64,000 bases of DNA from Pseudovirgaria hyperparasitica. Lineage: Eukaryota. Made by a program: the position numbers and the translations under genes. Below the pieces are notes generated by a model. That model had not been told where the DNA came from. It ran no database searches and saw only the letters and a program-made list of their open reading frames with translations. Shown here one piece after another: positions 63,050-64,000 of the stretch. Each line of letters starts with the position of its first letter. The stretch's first letter is position 1. The stretch is from the NCBI GenBank assembly GCA_010093815.1, contig ML996568.1; one strand, given 5' to 3'.

Positions 63050-63500
63050 AGGGAAGTAGACTGATACAAAGTGTTTTCAAGGGTATTGGAGTCGATCTTT
63101 AAGTTACCAGATAGTAATTCATAAGTAAATATATATAAACAGCAATACTTTATTTTATGGTAAGTAAATAGTAATTAGAATCTAAATAGCTAGATCAAAA
63201 CGTACATGTACGTATAACATGTGTGTATATAGCTTAGATTTTCTGTAGATTAGATGCACGTACAACAAAGTATTATATAGTACCATGAATTTTCTTAAAT
63301 TTAATCGTTTCTAGACTGTCTTGAAAAATAACGCTCCTATTCTTCGAAATAGTATTGATGTCTCTTCTCTATATTTATGATTCGAGCCTTGCTATGAGGT
63401 AAGTCTAAGAGACTAGGTATATAAGCAACTAGGTCGCTGTGTGATCAAGGATTTTAACGGCGCTAGGTCGAATTGCTATCCAATGTAGGGAGTTACTATA
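63050..63500. other. AT/TpA-rich ORF-less tract, probably RIP-degraded repeat or relic DNA
   Basis: Abrupt AT enrichment with many TA dinucleotides (e.g. aagtaaatatatataaac, gtattatatagtac). No termini identified. Confidence 0.4.
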
Positions 63501-64000
63501 GATGGTGCGATCAATACTACCTTTTAAGTCTCACTTTCCCAACCAATCTCGCCAAAATCCGGGACCCTTAGTAAATTATGTTCCAGAGTGGCTCTAGTCT
63601 GATGAAATTGTTCCAAGATGTCCTCGTTTTAGGAAGAGCGTTGAGAGCCTTTCTTCCGAGCTAAAGAGTGTTGGCATGAACTCTGCACATATGGCTGCGG
63701 GGACTTCTCTCAGCATTGCACGAGATTCGAACTTCGAGACAAGGTCTGCAAATAGTTGTACTGGGCAATGTAAGTTGGTTGGGATTGAGTTTAGATACCC
63801 ACCAGACCTTTAGGACAAACACCAAGCACTTAGTAGTCCGGAGTGTTCGGCTGACTGTGTAAATGGAGGGGTCAACTTTCAAGATTCGCCAACTTGAAAC
63901 AGGGCTGGTTGAGGAGTGGACTTCTAGGAGCCAAGTTATGGGCGTGAAGTAGTTTAGGCAAAGAGCATGAGGGAATAAGGAAAGAGTGTCAGAGCAGCAT

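Noticed and set aside
1..64000. CRISPR arrays, rRNA, telomerase RNA template, prokaryotic operons
   Set aside because: The sequence is intron-containing fungal DNA; I saw no repeat-spacer array, rRNA-like segment or full CTAACCCTAA template.

Overview
Eukaryotic DNA from a filamentous ascomycete (Pezizomycotina; short GT-AG introns with CTRAC branch sites; class not determinable with certainty). I reassembled spliced gene models by hand from the ORF fragments. The left ~24 kb is mostly conserved housekeeping genes: importin beta-4/KAP123 (partial), a DUF2433-type metallophosphoesterase-like/RGG protein, NCR1/NPC1, COX15, a BTB protein and TIM17. It is interrupted by an accessory patch holding a RIP-like Harbinger-type MITE, a 42-aa Cys-rich CAAX peptide gene missed by the ORF track, and a Zn2Cys6 factor tail-to-tail with a tyrosinase. 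The right ~40 kb is gene-sparse and accessory-like. It encodes a Kex2-type Cys-rich secreted protein, a galactose oxidase with two CBM32 domains, a PDR ABC transporter, a double PAN/apple protein, a secreted alpha/beta hydrolase and a ~2000-aa NACHT-ankyrin NLR. It also holds a head-to-head pair of a ~939-aa secreted amphipathic-helix repeat protein and a membrane-anchored DUF3712-like protein. The best candidates for undescribed biology are (1) that divergent pair, a possible extracellular lipid carrier/transfer module, (2) the CAAX micropeptide, and (3) a Trp-Pro pentad repeat inserted in the tyrosinase. All family assignments come from motif recognition and memory; no database searches were run.
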